From the NCBI RefSeq assembly GCF_009914755.1, contig NC_060930.1: 64,000 nucleotides of DNA; one strand, given 5' to 3'. A program made the position numbers and the translations under genes. A model generated the notes under the pieces. The model made no database searches, had not been told where the DNA came from, and was given only the letters and a program-made list of their open reading frames with translations. Positions 28,501 to 42,779 of this stretch are shown here, piece after piece (positions within the stretch are counted from its first letter, which is position 1; each line of letters begins with the position of its first letter). This stretch comes from the human T2T-CHM13v2.0 reference genome, Homo sapiens.

Positions 28501-28731
28501 TTGTGTCTTGTTTACAAAGAATACATCATGAGACTATGAAAATTAGTTTTCTTCATTAACTTTCAGGAAATAGAGTAAAGAAAATAGTTACAGTTGTCAT
28601 AATAGATTTTTTAAAATTCTCTTTTGGAAAAAAGCCGAAACAAACCAAGGTCTATGCCGTTGCCAGATTTATGGAGACAAACATTTTCTAATTTCTTTTT
28701 AATTTTTAACTAATGGATCATTTCCTAACAG

Positions 28732-28763
28732 GCAAGCTTGCAGAAGAAAAAGCTGGCAGAGTG
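28732..28763 (+). other. Candidate 32-nt microexon
   Basis: Branch-point-like ttaactaat, acceptor tttcctaacag|G and donor GTG|gtaagt. Purine-rich GAAGAA content. Stop-free in all three frames. Unique flanks. Confidence 0.4.
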
Positions 28764-29199
28764 GTAAGTCTGTTTTTATGGAAATAAGGTAATTAGTACT
28801 AATCTTTGATGGACACAATTCATTAACTTTTGGACAATATTTATAGGGGAGGACAGAAAGGGAAACAAACAAGAAACTGAATCAGTAAATACCACTTTAT
28901 GGCTTGGATCTTGGAATTGAAATGCAAGTAAAGTATTGCTACCACATCAATTACATTTAAACAGAGGAGCCTTATTTTAACAAAGAAAAATCTGAAATGG
29001 CAAACTGAACTTGCTTGAATTTGTTGATGCCACAAATTATATAATGGTATTCTCATTTTGCATAAACAATGTCAGTTTTGCCACATGAAAAACTGTAATA
29101 CAGCTCTCCTGATAAAGGGCTTATTTTTGAAGACATACACACACCTATAAAATATGCATAAATATTAAAAATCATTGTAAATCTCATTTTATGAAATAG

Positions 29200-29620
29200 G
29201 AATATTTGCAGTATTGATGCATAACATTCAGGTGTGACAGGTGGCCTCAGGCTGTCAGCATGTAGTGATGAATAACTCACTGAAATTTTGATGAATGACT
29301 AGTTCCTTTATTTAGCAGAAGGAGGAGACAGCCACAATGGGGAGAATTGGTCTTCTGGCATACAAGGTAGTAGAAGGATTTGGTTACTCAAGGATGAGAG
29401 TAGCAGAGCTACTACCATCCAGCCTGGAGCTTTATCAATGCAGAACAGAAGTAGCAGTGGTGTTTTCTCTACAGTTGCTCCATTTGGGTCTTACTCCTAG
29501 ATGATCAGTTATAGAGCCTGTCTTCCTGGCCCTCTTAGAGACCTGGGTGCTACATAAAATCCCTTAACAAATTTGTTTTCTATTTTATTCTAGAGTGGAT
29601 TCTAAAACCAACTGACATAG
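29200..29620 (+). mobile_element. Old ERVL/MaLR LTR relic
   Basis: 3' motif cccttaacaaatttgttttct...ctagagtggattct...actgac. Family uncertain. Confidence 0.4.
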
Positions 29621-30692
29621 AAATAAAGAGTCAATGGATTTAATTACATGGGGGTCACTGCAACCAGAGAAGGTCTGGGCTGTTAACAGAGACATAGGAT
29701 GGTGGACTGATTGAAGGCGGGTGAGGGACAGAGAAGTGAGCAAAGGGAGCCACTTGGCTTAAATGACTCATTCTAAAAGGTTGTGAAAGGGAAAGGAATG
29801 ATAGAGAACAGCTGGAAAAGGCTGCAGGGTTAAGGGAGGAAATTTTATTTTTAAAAATGGAAGTGATTTAAGGTTCCTCAGAAGACTGGAATACAGTCTC
29901 AAGGAGAGGTGGACAGACAGCTTTAGCTAGGAGGAGCTGTGCCTCCATTAATGTAATAGGACGTTTTGTAAGCACTGTCCAGCGAATGGTGTCTTTGACC
30001 AGAGTGGCCAAAAGTATACACACATTTGCTCTGGAAAAGCCTTAAGTGGTGCAAGAACAAGGAACTGAGAGATGCCATAGGAAATTCCAAATAGTGAAAA
30101 TACGGCAGTTCCATCCATTAAAGTACTTAGAAAAAGACTTAAAAATTGTACGGATATTATTTTTGAGTACGTTTGTATGCTATGTATTTATATTTGTAAA
30201 TAAGATAACGTTACGAAAATTCAGATAAAGAAACAAAATGAATGTACAAGTCATAGTTTCAGAATGCTTTAAAACTGTGTTTTAATTTACGCTCAGTCTT
30301 CTCTCTTATATGTACTTTTCCATGGTTGTAGTAAGGTATATATACAAATGGCACAGGACATACTGTTTGTTTTACTTATTATAATCATGTTTCTATCTTG
30401 TATAGTATCCATAGTCAACACTTTGATACTGATATTTAATTTCCATGATTGACTTAGCCTTTTCTCTATTGCTAGCCATGGCTATAACTAACGTAAATGT
30501 AATCATTGCATAAATTTGAATTATAGCTCTTCGAGGGACTTCAGAGATTATCAGGTACCACATCCTCCTCACGCAGAGAAGACCAAGATACAAAGCACTT
30601 AAGTGAATTCCATCAGGATAACACTGGAAATGAGCAGCTGGGTCAAAACCAGACCCTTGTGCCATAACATGTACAGAGGGCAGGAAACAGAA

Positions 30693-30702
30693 GTGACGTC
30701 AC
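30693..30702. promoter_or_regulatory. Palindromic CRE (GTGACGTCAC)
   Basis: Perfect TGACGTCA at 30694-30701 with CpG retained. Motif only. Confidence 0.3.
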
Positions 30703-32238
30703 CTGCAATACTCCAGCTCAGTACTGCTCAAAGTTCCAGTCTGTAAAATGTTTATTACCGGTTCACACTGAGATAAGGGGCTTGCAAAAGAATAAGGGAA
30801 GCAGTGCATTAATTTATATTCTGTTGCTGATCAGAAGCTATCAGTCACATACCAGGATTAGTCCCAAGGATAATAACTTTTGAGTAGCACAACTCTGAAA
30901 GAAAAATCACAAAATGTCTGATTCTCTCCGTAACGATGAATGGCATTAATAAATATTACTGAAGTTTCATAGCTACATTTCCTTCATTACTCTTACATTT
31001 TTTTCTTTAACAAATCCATTAAGTGTCCAAGAGATTACCCTTTAAAAAATAGAGCCCATGTACCCAGTCTGCAAGTATGAAAATCATGAGCTTACCATGC
31101 AGATTTAAATGACTTTATTTAAAGAGATTCATACAAGAAAAACAACTGTAGAGGGGGCAGGCTGTCCTTCTAACCTGGTCACTTTTATTGTCTGACAATT
31201 CAGGAAAGTTCTTGGGAGTTCATGGGATCATATTTATCTGTGTATGTCTGAGAGACAGACTTCTGAAAGATAATTACGTCCCTACTAACTCATGGGTTTC
31301 AGCTATCCTGATTACTGCTAAAATAATTGTTTTAGAATTATTTTATAAATTTAATCATCACATGAATCATGATCATCTGATTCTTGTATTTTTCTAAACA
31401 GAAAAAATGAAAAAATACTAAAAAAACACAGAATGACATGATGCCATGATTCATCATACTCAATATGAATTGATTTTTGGAACTAATGATAAATTTTGAT
31501 GTAGTGGTTTTAGAAGTATGTTTTATAACTCATAGGCTATCTGAAAGTTCATTCTAAGTATGAAAAAAATTACTATTGTATCACCAGGGTAAAACAAAAT
31601 ACCAGTGATGACTGATTTCATTTTTCACTTTATAAATTGGCCTGCCCGTAAGTTATGCTGAAAAGAAACTGTGAACGATCTCTAGAGGAAGAAGTCATGC
31701 CACAAACACTTTGATAGATAATACATTTATAACCACCTTGAAGGAAACGCTAAGTCCTACAATGTTGCTTCCAGAACAGGTATCTTCTTTCGATTCCATG
31801 TGCTTACACACCATTATTACTATTGCTAATAGCAGCAGGCAAAATTCTAAGCACACAGAATATATTAAATCACTTAACTGTCACAAACACATCAAGAGGT
31901 AGGCATTATTATTTAACTAACTCCATCATATAGAGGAAGAAATTAAGATACAGCGAGGTTAATAACATAACTTGCCCTAGACTAAACATACACACACATG
32001 TCCCATATGAACCCAGGAGTTTATCATGCAACCTTCTCATTATGACTTAGCTTTCACATTATTATTCATGCAGGAAAAGAATGCTAGCAGTAATATTTCT
32101 TGACATGAATTAGTAAGTTGGTAGTATAATTTACACTTTTTTTGGTCTTGTGATCTGATAGTAAAAATCAGTTCATTACATCATCATTGGGTATTTGAAT
32201 TAAGTAAGTTTTCTCCCATCCTTAAGAAAAATACAAAA

Positions 32239-32533
32239 GGCCGGGCACAATGGCTCACACCTATAATCCCAGCACTTTGGGAGGCTGAGGCGGGCAGATC
32301 ACCTAAGGTCAGGAGTTTGAGATCAACCTGGCCAACATGGCGAAACCCCATCTCTACTAAAAATACAAAAATTAGCTGGGCGTGGTGGTGCACGCTTGTA
32401 ATCCCAGCTACTCAGGAGGGTGAGACAGGAGAATCACTTGGAGGCAGAGGTTGCAGTGAGCCAAGATCGTGCCACTGCACTCCAGCCTGGGCAACAGAGT
32501 GAGACTCCGTCTAAAACAAACAAACAAACAAAC
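32239..32533 (+). mobile_element. AluSx-like
   Basis: Full dimer with (CAAA)n tail. Confidence 0.93.
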
Positions 32534-33084
32534 AGCTAAAAATGTGTACTGGAGATGATGTAGAAAACACAGATATACATAATGATGAAAAATATTTCAC
32601 AACCTAGGAATAATGCTTAATGTTTGACTATCTATCGAAAGCTATCTATCGAATCTATATCCTCTAATCTTCTATAAAAACAAATACACATACTAGTCAG
32701 CTGCAAACACATGCTGCTATCCCAAAGTAAAGAAAAGATAACTCAGGCAGATCTGAGAGCCATGGAAAATCATTTCTAGGCTTTGCAATCTAATGAAGAA
32801 CTTTCAACATTTGCCCAGTTGGATGTCAGGATTTCTAAGAATCAGTGGCTTTTTTGAGCTTTCCATTTCCCCTTTCTGAAATGTTTATAAGCAGTTATCC
32901 TTTGTGTGTCTCACCACTGTATGTTGGGTGTGTAGGAGGCAGATAATGTCTCATCTCTTCAGTCTGCAGTGAAGAGAGAGGATACTTAATGAGCTCTAAT
33001 TAAGAAACTACCCAAGAAGCCTTCTCCATCCCTGGATCTAATTTCCAGGTGATTATGTAAAGGGAGAAGACTTCTGAGGACCTT

Positions 33085-33603
33085 GAGATCACCCATAATG
33101 ATCCCTGCCTTCAGGTATTCCACACCAATGTATAATCCTCTCCCCTTGAATGTGGGTTACATTTACTGACTCACCTCTAAGGAACAGAATAAGACCAAAG
33201 TGATGAGATGTTGCTTCCAAGGTTAGGTTATTAAAAGATCATGGCTTCTGTTTTGGGCTCCCTCTCCCTTCCATTCCTCACTTTGTCATTTCATGCCAGG
33301 GCACAGGTAGCAAGGAACTGATACAGTCCTTGCTAGAGGACCAACAATCAGGGTGGACTAGGGGTCTCCTGCTAACATCCACGTAAGTGAGTTTGGAAGT
33401 GAATTTTTCCCTAGTTGAGCCTTGAGATTACTGTTGCCCACAGCGAACACCTTAATTACAGCTTTGTGAGATGTTCTAAGCCAGAAGCACTCAGGTAAAC
33501 TGTGCCTCAATTCCTGACCCATAGGAACTGTGAGATAGTATTTATTGGTTTTGCTCCTAAATTTTGGGGCAATTTGTTATATAACAGTAAATAACTAATA
33601 CAG
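33085..33603 (+). mobile_element. MLT1F-like MaLR LTR
   Basis: cccataatgatccctgcc...gtataatcctctccccttgaatgtggg...ttcctgacccataggaactgtgagata...taactaataca. Confidence 0.75.
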
Positions 33604-35477
33604 ATGTTGAGTTTGATATAAGACTGAACCCTTATTTTGTTACTCTGATTAAAGATTTCATATGCATTGAACTTGGCCAATTATTCATAAGTTTACAAAT
33701 AAATGCCTAAATTTAAATAAAGCACATTTTTCTTAAATTGCTTTTTTATTCCCAATATGTCTAATTGTTTCCTTTTTACATGTTTATTTTATAAGCGAGA
33801 TATTTGGATCTTATAAACTGAGGAAATCATTATTCTTATGTTAGAGTCTTTTATTTTGTTTTCTCAGGTGTCAGTTCTTCAGCTTGTTGGCATCTCTTTC
33901 ATGGTACTGGTGGTCTTCCTTGTACTCTTCCTGGCATGAGAGATTCCTTATTTGCCCAAGTGCAGATGCTTTTGGTGACTGTGGGGTGCAGAGTGTGGCA
34001 TACTGGAAGTAACTGTGCAGGTAGCTTATTTTGGGGGTATATCCAAAATAGTTTATCCATTCATATTTCAGATTAGACCTCCCTGAGATAGTACCATGTA
34101 TTTTTAGCTAGATTCAGTACTTTGGCCTAGGGTAAACACTGCAGCTGTCCGCAGATTATTGTAAGGGAAAAAGAAACGAGTAATATTTCAACTATTTGAA
34201 ATTGCTCACCTAATGATTTTCCCTGGAACACATCCTACTTTGTGTATTTTGTGACTATGTGTTTGCAGAATCTCAAGAACTGCTCCCACCTATAAAAGGA
34301 TTTTTTTCAAACACTGTTTGGACTGTGCTTTTTTTCTTATAGTGTGTCTTTTAGGGACGCTTCAAAGTCTCTGATCACAATGGTACACTTTTTTTTTTCT
34401 TTCTGCATTATTGGTATGCATGCATTATGAAACACGTTTTACAAATGTGCATAGGTATATATGTATATATGTATATATGTATATATATTTATTTCTTATT
34501 AAGAGGTTTGAGTAGGGGGAAGTAGACATATGTGGTTTTTGCCAATAGAATCCAATTAATAAAAAACATTTATATTTTTGAAATTAGAACTCTAAGAGTT
34601 CATCTAGAAATAGAAATAAGTCCATTTTTGATAAAAATGAAAATAATGGATCTAACCCAACTGTAATGCTGGTGATTAAGCAGTCAAAATGAACAATTAG
34701 GAAGTGGTCCAGTCATTTAGTGAATGTTGCTTCTGCCATCAACACATTAAGGAGACATGGTACTTTAGTCTGCGTGTAAGAAAATGATATTTAGAAAATC
34801 TAAGTAGATGTGTTCAAAAAGTGTTATTCTGAAGTTGATAAAGACGACTTGGTGATTTTTTTTTTCCTAAGGGAAATTAACCACATTCATGATCTGTTTG
34901 GACTTAGTTTTTCTCTGCTATCACTGCATATTTTATAAGCTGTTAAATAAATAAATCTGGTAATAGTTTAACTGACTGTAGAGAAAAGATAAAGATGCAT
35001 TAAGTTTTTTAAAAAACACCTATACCTGTATATGTAATATAAGTATATATAATTTTAAAAATTATTTTGTAACTTTTATAGCATGCTGGTTAATATGTCT
35101 AGATTAAGTCTACCAAATGTGTTATGAATATTTTTTTCCACATAAAAGATAAACTGTTAATAAATCTTTTCCAGGCATCAGTGTCTAGTCCACATAACCA
35201 TTAGCAGACAACTCCCTTGGCAGCAGCATCTTACTCTTGATTAACTGCTTCTCTTAGATTAACTGAAGGATTGAACAGTGTATGAATAATCATTTTTTAT
35301 TCCCAGTTTAAATTTTCCTTTTCATAACTGCTATCTGCTGTATGATGTTAAGGAAACCGATCAGTTTAGCTAAGATAAAAATTATTATCAATTTATGAAA
35401 AAGGAAAAGTTGGGAAACTGGTAACTTCTTGGTTACTGAAGGTGTTTGCTTCTAAAACAGGTAGAGGTAAAAATATA

Positions 35478-36174
35478 ATACCCGACTCTCTTAACTGTGG
35501 TTTGGCTTTCTGTGGTTTTAGTTACTCAAGGTCAACTATGGTCCAAAAATATTAAATCGAAAATTCCAGGCCCGGCATGGTGGCTCACATCTGTAATTCA
35601 AGGACTTCAGGAGGCCGAGGCAGTAGGATCTGCTGGGCCCAGGAGTTTGACAACAGCCTGGGCAATAGTGAAACCTCATCTCTACTGAAAAAAAAAAAAA
35701 AAAAAAAGTAGCCAGCCGTGGTGGCACACCCCTGTAGTTCCAGCTACTCAGGAGACTGAGGCAGGAGGATCACTTGAACCCAGGAATTGGAGGCTGCAGG
35801 GCTGCAGTGAGCTATGATTGAGCCACTACACTCCAGCCTGGGCAACGAAATGAGGCCTTGTCACAAAAAAAAAGGAAAGAAAATTGCAGAAATAAACAAT
35901 GCATAAGATTGAAATTGTGCACTGTTCTGAGCAGCATGATTAAGTCTCACGCTGTCTCCAGCCCAGGATGTGAATCATCCCTTTGTCCAGCGTGTCCATG
36001 CTGTATATGCTACCTTCCATCAGTCACAGCTGTTTCAGTAATCAGATTGAAAAAACACAGCACATACAGGGTTCAGTAAAAAAACATAGTATATATATAT
36101 ATATAGGGTTCTGTGGTTTCAGGTGTCCACAGGGGTCTTGGAACTAATCCCCTGAGGATAAAGGGACTACTGTA
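35478..36174 (+). mobile_element. MER44A-like (Tigger7) MITE interrupted by an Alu
   Basis: gttactcaaggtcaactatggtccaaaaatattaaat...gtgaatcatccctttgtccagcg...ggggtcttggaac...gggactactgta. Confidence 0.8.
35569..35878 (+). mobile_element. AluJ-like
   Basis: Diverged dimer with ggaggatcacttga and gagctatgattg. TSD gaaaattccag / aaaattgcag. Confidence 0.88.
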
Positions 36175-36718
36175 CACATTTTCCTCTGGTGGCTTATGCC
36201 CTACAATAAGAACATTTAACAAAGTAAGACCATTTAACAAAACAATTTAAAAATAATAAATCAATGATTTAGGCAAGGATGAAAATATTCATAAATACCA
36301 AGTAATGTAAACATTTATATATATTTTAAAGAAAATTTTGGAATTTGCATTTCCTTAATTATATAGCCAGAAAGTTACAAGGGAAAAAGAATTTGGTTTA
36401 GAAATAGCATGAACCTGGGATAGATTCCCACTCATTAATCTTACTTCAGAATGATATTCACATGTTGTTGCTGCCTAGGAAAACAATCTAAAGGCACAAG
36501 TGATTCTAAAATACACTCCCCTGGTTTCCTGAGATGTTGCATTCCACTCTTGAACATGAAGATAATGGCTAGTTTGGAGAACTGTCTCAAATGATTTTGC
36601 CAAGTGTAAACACATGAATATTTTTAAGAAAATGTCTTCATTAATGGCTGTTGAGCTAAAATCTCCATAACTACATATTATGCAAAGATATGACACTTAA
36701 CATCCATACTTTACAGAT

Positions 36719-37054
36719 TTTTTTTTTTTTTTGAGACGGAGTCTCACTCTGTCACACAGGCTGGAGTACACAGGCTCTGTCACACAGGCTCTGTCACACA
36801 GGATTGCACACAGGTGCAATCTTGGCTCACTGCAAACTCTGTCTCCTGGGTTCAAGCAATTCTCCTGCCTCAGCCTCCTGAGCAGCTGAGGTTACAGATG
36901 TGTGCCACTACACATGGCTAATTTTTGTATTTTTAGTAGAGACGGGGTTTCTCCATGTTACCCAGGCTGGTCTCGGACTCTTGACCTCAAGTGATCTGCC
37001 CGCCTTGGCCTCCCAAAGTGCTAGGATTACAGGCAGGAGCCACCGTGCCCAGCC
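36719..37054 (-). mobile_element. AluS with internal iterated insertion
   Basis: Reverse dimer. TSD catactttacagat / catacttcaaagat. Confidence 0.92.
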
Positions 37055-39029
37055 GGCATACTTCAAAGATTGTAATAAAAGTACTTGACCTTAAAACATT
37101 GTTTCCATTTAATCATATTCTGTAAATCTGGGGAAATGAAAAACAAGAATCTCAATTTTTAATCAATATTTGACCAGACACATCTTTAGATCAAGCCACG
37201 AGCTTTTTAGATAAAACAGAAAAAAATTCCCACCTTTGGGAAAACTAGTAGAAATGCGATGTCCAGATTCAGCTGGATATATCTCAAGATCGATATTTAC
37301 CACTATATTTATTACTACCTGAAACTCTTAAGCCAATCATTAAAAAAATTCCAAAAGATTACTGGACTTACTCTTTGAATTTTTGTCTTTTAAAAATATA
37401 GACATAATTCAGCTTCTTTAAACCCACCTACACAAGTCCTGTGTTCAAATTTTACGGGGCATAGAACCGTTCACTTTGGGTACTTCTTTGCCTGTATAAA
37501 ATGCTGTCATGTTGATATATCTAAACACCAAGGTACAAATTTAACTATACGATTTTGAAGGAAGCAGTTGAAGACTCAGGTAACACTGCTTTAGGACAAG
37601 TCAAAAGAGAGTTTGCTGTTTGGCTTTTGACACTGAAGTTTCTTACCAATATGTTTCATGAAGCTCTCTCTAGGAAACTACAGTATTTTGGTATCAGTTC
37701 TCTAAAGCAACTGCCTGTGAGTTAATGTGGTTGTTTTGTCACAGCGTGCCTTTTGTCTCCACCCGCCTCCAGTCCCATCTTTACTCATTCTGCCTTTTGG
37801 ATAAAACATGTACAATTATATATGGCTTGGTGCGGAATGGGCTTGGGATGCCACAAAACTAAAGTGGCACACTTAAAAAATACCTCTCAGCTACAGAGTC
37901 AAATAAGACTTGGAAATGCTAGAGGTCAGAACATTGCTCACAAATTATCCTGGTTCAATTTAGCCTGTGAATGTTTTGGAATTATACAAACAGTGTCTGA
38001 TGACTCATATAACTTGTAACTTAAGTGCGTTTTGCTGTTGTGCATCCTTTTAGTCCAGCTACCCCCTAAGGAACAAAGTGTTACAGAAGCAGTTATGGTT
38101 TCAATTTCCCTCTATGATTCGCTTTCATTTGAAAACCAGTGAAAGGTGGGGGGAAATGGACTGACTAACTCCTGACACTACCAGGGCTTCAGATTACTCA
38201 ATTTCCACGCTTCCTCTATCAGGGGAGAGAGTCCTAACAAAGACTAAAAATAACTTAAAGAAACCAAAAAACATAAAGATGCTACTTAGGAAATATTATT
38301 ATCAAGAATTAATTAGTCTGCCAACCAAGTATTATGTACTTGAAACATTCTTTTATTTTTTAAGATATCATACATCTAGCGTCTCATTTGATTATAATTT
38401 TGAATAGTCATTAATACAATAGAGGTTTGCATTAATAGCTATTTAATGGCTATGAAAACAGTGGCTATTGTGTGAATGGCTATAAAAACAATGGCTCTTT
38501 TTATGGTGCGTTCATGCTATCTACAGGCAGATGAACTGCATTTTAGATTATCAATCTGATCTGATTTTCTCTGTATCTCTGAAACTCATGGTTCTCCAAG
38601 GATGACTTCTCACTGGTACCCAGTGTGGTGAACCTTTTTGTAAGTCAATGCAATATTTGCGACTATAGTCTTGGTTTGGTTCATCTTTCTTTTTTCCACT
38701 AGGAAAATGTTCACTTTATCTTCCACAATCTTCCACAAGCTTCTTCAGTACCAGGCAAGGGACTCAACTCCTGATTATGATCATTTCTTGCCTTACTTTA
38801 AGGATGAGGACTAAACAAGGGAAAAAGTGGTGAGAATACTGGAATACATTTCGGGCAAGGTTCCTAAGGGGGAGGATAAATCGTACACACACTTTACAGA
38901 ATCCACGTAGTCAAAGAGAACAGAAAGGCACCCAGAATGGCACCTACTCAACACAATCTTGACTTGGTAGATAAGGGGATTAATATACAATAAATTTCCT
39001 TTTGCAGCTTTCTGGAGACTCAAAGTGCT

Positions 39030-39667
<638 letters not shown>

Positions 39668-42508
39668 TAATATCATAATAATGTTGATAATTAGATAATA
39701 TTATAGATAACTTCTCATCCTTGTACCTTTGCTTTTCTCTACCTAATTTCCATGGTTTCATTTTGATACTTTTTGAAAATCAAATAAGAAAATTCAGAAC
39801 ACTGAACACTTTTAAGAAGGTTGACTCAGGATTACTAGGAAAGAGATCAGCTTCAACATAATAATTTTAATTTTTTGTCAGGCTTTTCTTGTAGTGTTTT
39901 GAGATACTCTCGATATGTCAGTAATTTGAAAATTACACAATCAATCAATGGGAGAAAGAATGGCAGGTGGTCTCAAAATAATTTTTTGGCTCTCTTTCTT
40001 TCTTTTCCCTTCCTCATTTACACATGGCACATATCTTCATGGAGGGCTTTTATACCTTCTTTCAAAGAGTATAACCAGTTTTATCAATGAAAGCTCTATA
40101 AATAATTTCTGAATTAGAATGTTTAATTTTTAAACATTTTAAATCACTTTTTATAATTACTACATTCACAATATAATTGTGAATTGAATTTTGTGATTAA
40201 CATAATCTTCATACATAAAAGAAGATAAATACTTGTCTCCAAACACAAAAATATTAATAATGATGCATAATCTCAGATATATCCATTAAGAGTTTAATAT
40301 GGTTGGCTTGGTATGTGTTTCCGGGAATTTCTGAAAGAGTCATGTTTTTAAGAAAATAATTTGGGAAAAATAGAAATTTAAGTGGCTCATTTTTTGTGGT
40401 TAGGTTAGTATTTATGAAATTTGGTTTTGTTTATTTCTCAGCGAATCATTGAGATCCTGAGTAACAGAAAGAGAAAACCATTATGTTTCATAATGAAATA
40501 TTCTTGGATATTGAAGATAGTCTATTAAAACATTTAAGTGTTATATCTTGGTCACCATGTAATAGATATTTTTTTAAAACTGAAGTGGCAAAAAGAACAC
40601 AACATGAATAAAATAGGAAAAACATTTCTGAAATAGTATTGTTATGTTCACAATTTAAAATGTTTCTACTTTGTGCTCTGGAAAAATGCACACTTAAAAA
40701 AATAAATTTTGAAATTAAATACCAGGTGTATTTACTCTAGGAAGATGTACCCACTTAATAATTGAATCTGTAATATAGCAGGCTTTGGGATATTAGATAC
40801 ATTATTTTATAGAGATATAAAATTGAATTTCGAAAACTACTTCATGGGATTCTCTAAAGTAAGTATTTAAAAAGGAAAGATATCAAACTGGTTACCAGAA
40901 TGCTATATGTGCAATTTTATTGGCAGATTATGAGAAGTGATCTAATTATACATATTATTCATATTTGTTGAGGAATAAAAGGACGCATAAATCTCTGTAT
41001 GGGAAGGCACTTAATTCTTTAGAGTCTATAATATATAGCTTGATTTGCAAAACATTACAAATGATACTTAGGATCCAAATTGTTTTCATCTCTTAAAATT
41101 CAAAGCAGCTTCAGCTTTCTAAAACACACAGTTTGTCTGTAGTGTTATAATACACAACCAATTAACATGGTAGGCATCTTCTGTGTTCTAGATATGTGTT
41201 AGGTCTAAGAAATGTAAGGAAAAATGATAAGCAGGAGTTTTCAAGGAGCAAATAGTCTTGTGGGAAGAAAGATCTGGGTAGAAATCTTATAATCTGGGTA
41301 GAAATAATTTCCAAGATAAACAGCTTTGACAGAGCTTTGAACAACGTGCTACTGGAACTCAGAGGAAGGCTGGAGTGGCTTCTCCAAGTCATGATGTTTC
41401 AGCTGGCTGCTAAGACGAGGGAAGGAGGGTCAGCAGGCCTGCCAGATGGAAGATACATCATCTGCAAGGGCATAATGTTAGCCAAGAGTAGCAAGTGCTG
41501 AGGAAAAGTGGAGTTCAATGTGGCTGAGGTCTAGCTCTGTCGTTAACTTGCTGTGTAATATAGAAATGTTATTTAGCCTCTCTGGGCTGTTTCCTCATTT
41601 AAGACAATAAAACCTATCCTCACTGAGGGTTTTGCAATGCATGTAAAGTGCTTGGCAAAGTGTTTACTCCCGACTTAAATGCTCAATAAGCATTAGTGGC
41701 TGCAGATTGGAGATTCTGAGTGTCAGTTTGTGTTCATTTCTTTATCACGTCAAGCTGGCCGTTTAATCTCTTTGGGCTTCCTTTTCACTTTTCTGTAACA
41801 GGCAAGCAATCAAACTAGATGTTGATCTCAAGTCCCTTCCAATTCAAAGACTGTCACAGCTATATGATCGTTGCCACATAAGTAAAAATTCACATTAAAA
41901 TGTAAAATGTATGTAAACTTTAGGAAATTTTTTCTATGAGGAATATTTTATATTACTCCTTTTAACATATCAAGTTGGATGAATAATAGGGTCATAGAAC
42001 TGGCTTTTAGGTCTTCAGGTTGGATGACTTATTCAAAACTGAACACTTCTAACTTTAATTTCTATTTCAGGTAAATTTACTTTTTTTGAAAGACTTCAGA
42101 AAGATGATAGACAGCATCTGAAAAACATGGCCCAAAGTGGACTCTCCCTTCTTCATACCAGGGCCTCTTCCTCTAAATATAACAACATTGACAATAGGGG
42201 AAGCATCAAGAACCTGTTTGTTTTCTGGCTGTTTCAACAAGTTGCAACTTGTTGGCTTGCAACTTCAGAACAAAACGTAATAGCTTAACAGGCACTTTGA
42301 TTTATTTGTTCCTTAATCATGGAAAAAGTAAACTAGTCAGCTATTCTTTGTGGCTTTTAATAAAATGTTTGTAATTGCATGAAACAATTATCAAATATTT
42401 CTTATGAGCAAAAGCAAGGAAAAATGACCTATGGATGTAAATTTTGATCCCAAATGTTTTCTCTCCTTTAATTCAATGGTTATTGAACAACCATTATGTG
42501 CTTGGTAG

Positions 42509-42673
<165 letters not shown>

Positions 42674-42779
42674 TAAATGATTTTTTTTAAAAGAAAACTT
42701 TGGCACCCAGGAATGATAGGACATTAAGGGACTAAAGAACAGTAAGTTCATGAATTTTAGGTCCTTTGTGCAGCCAAAG

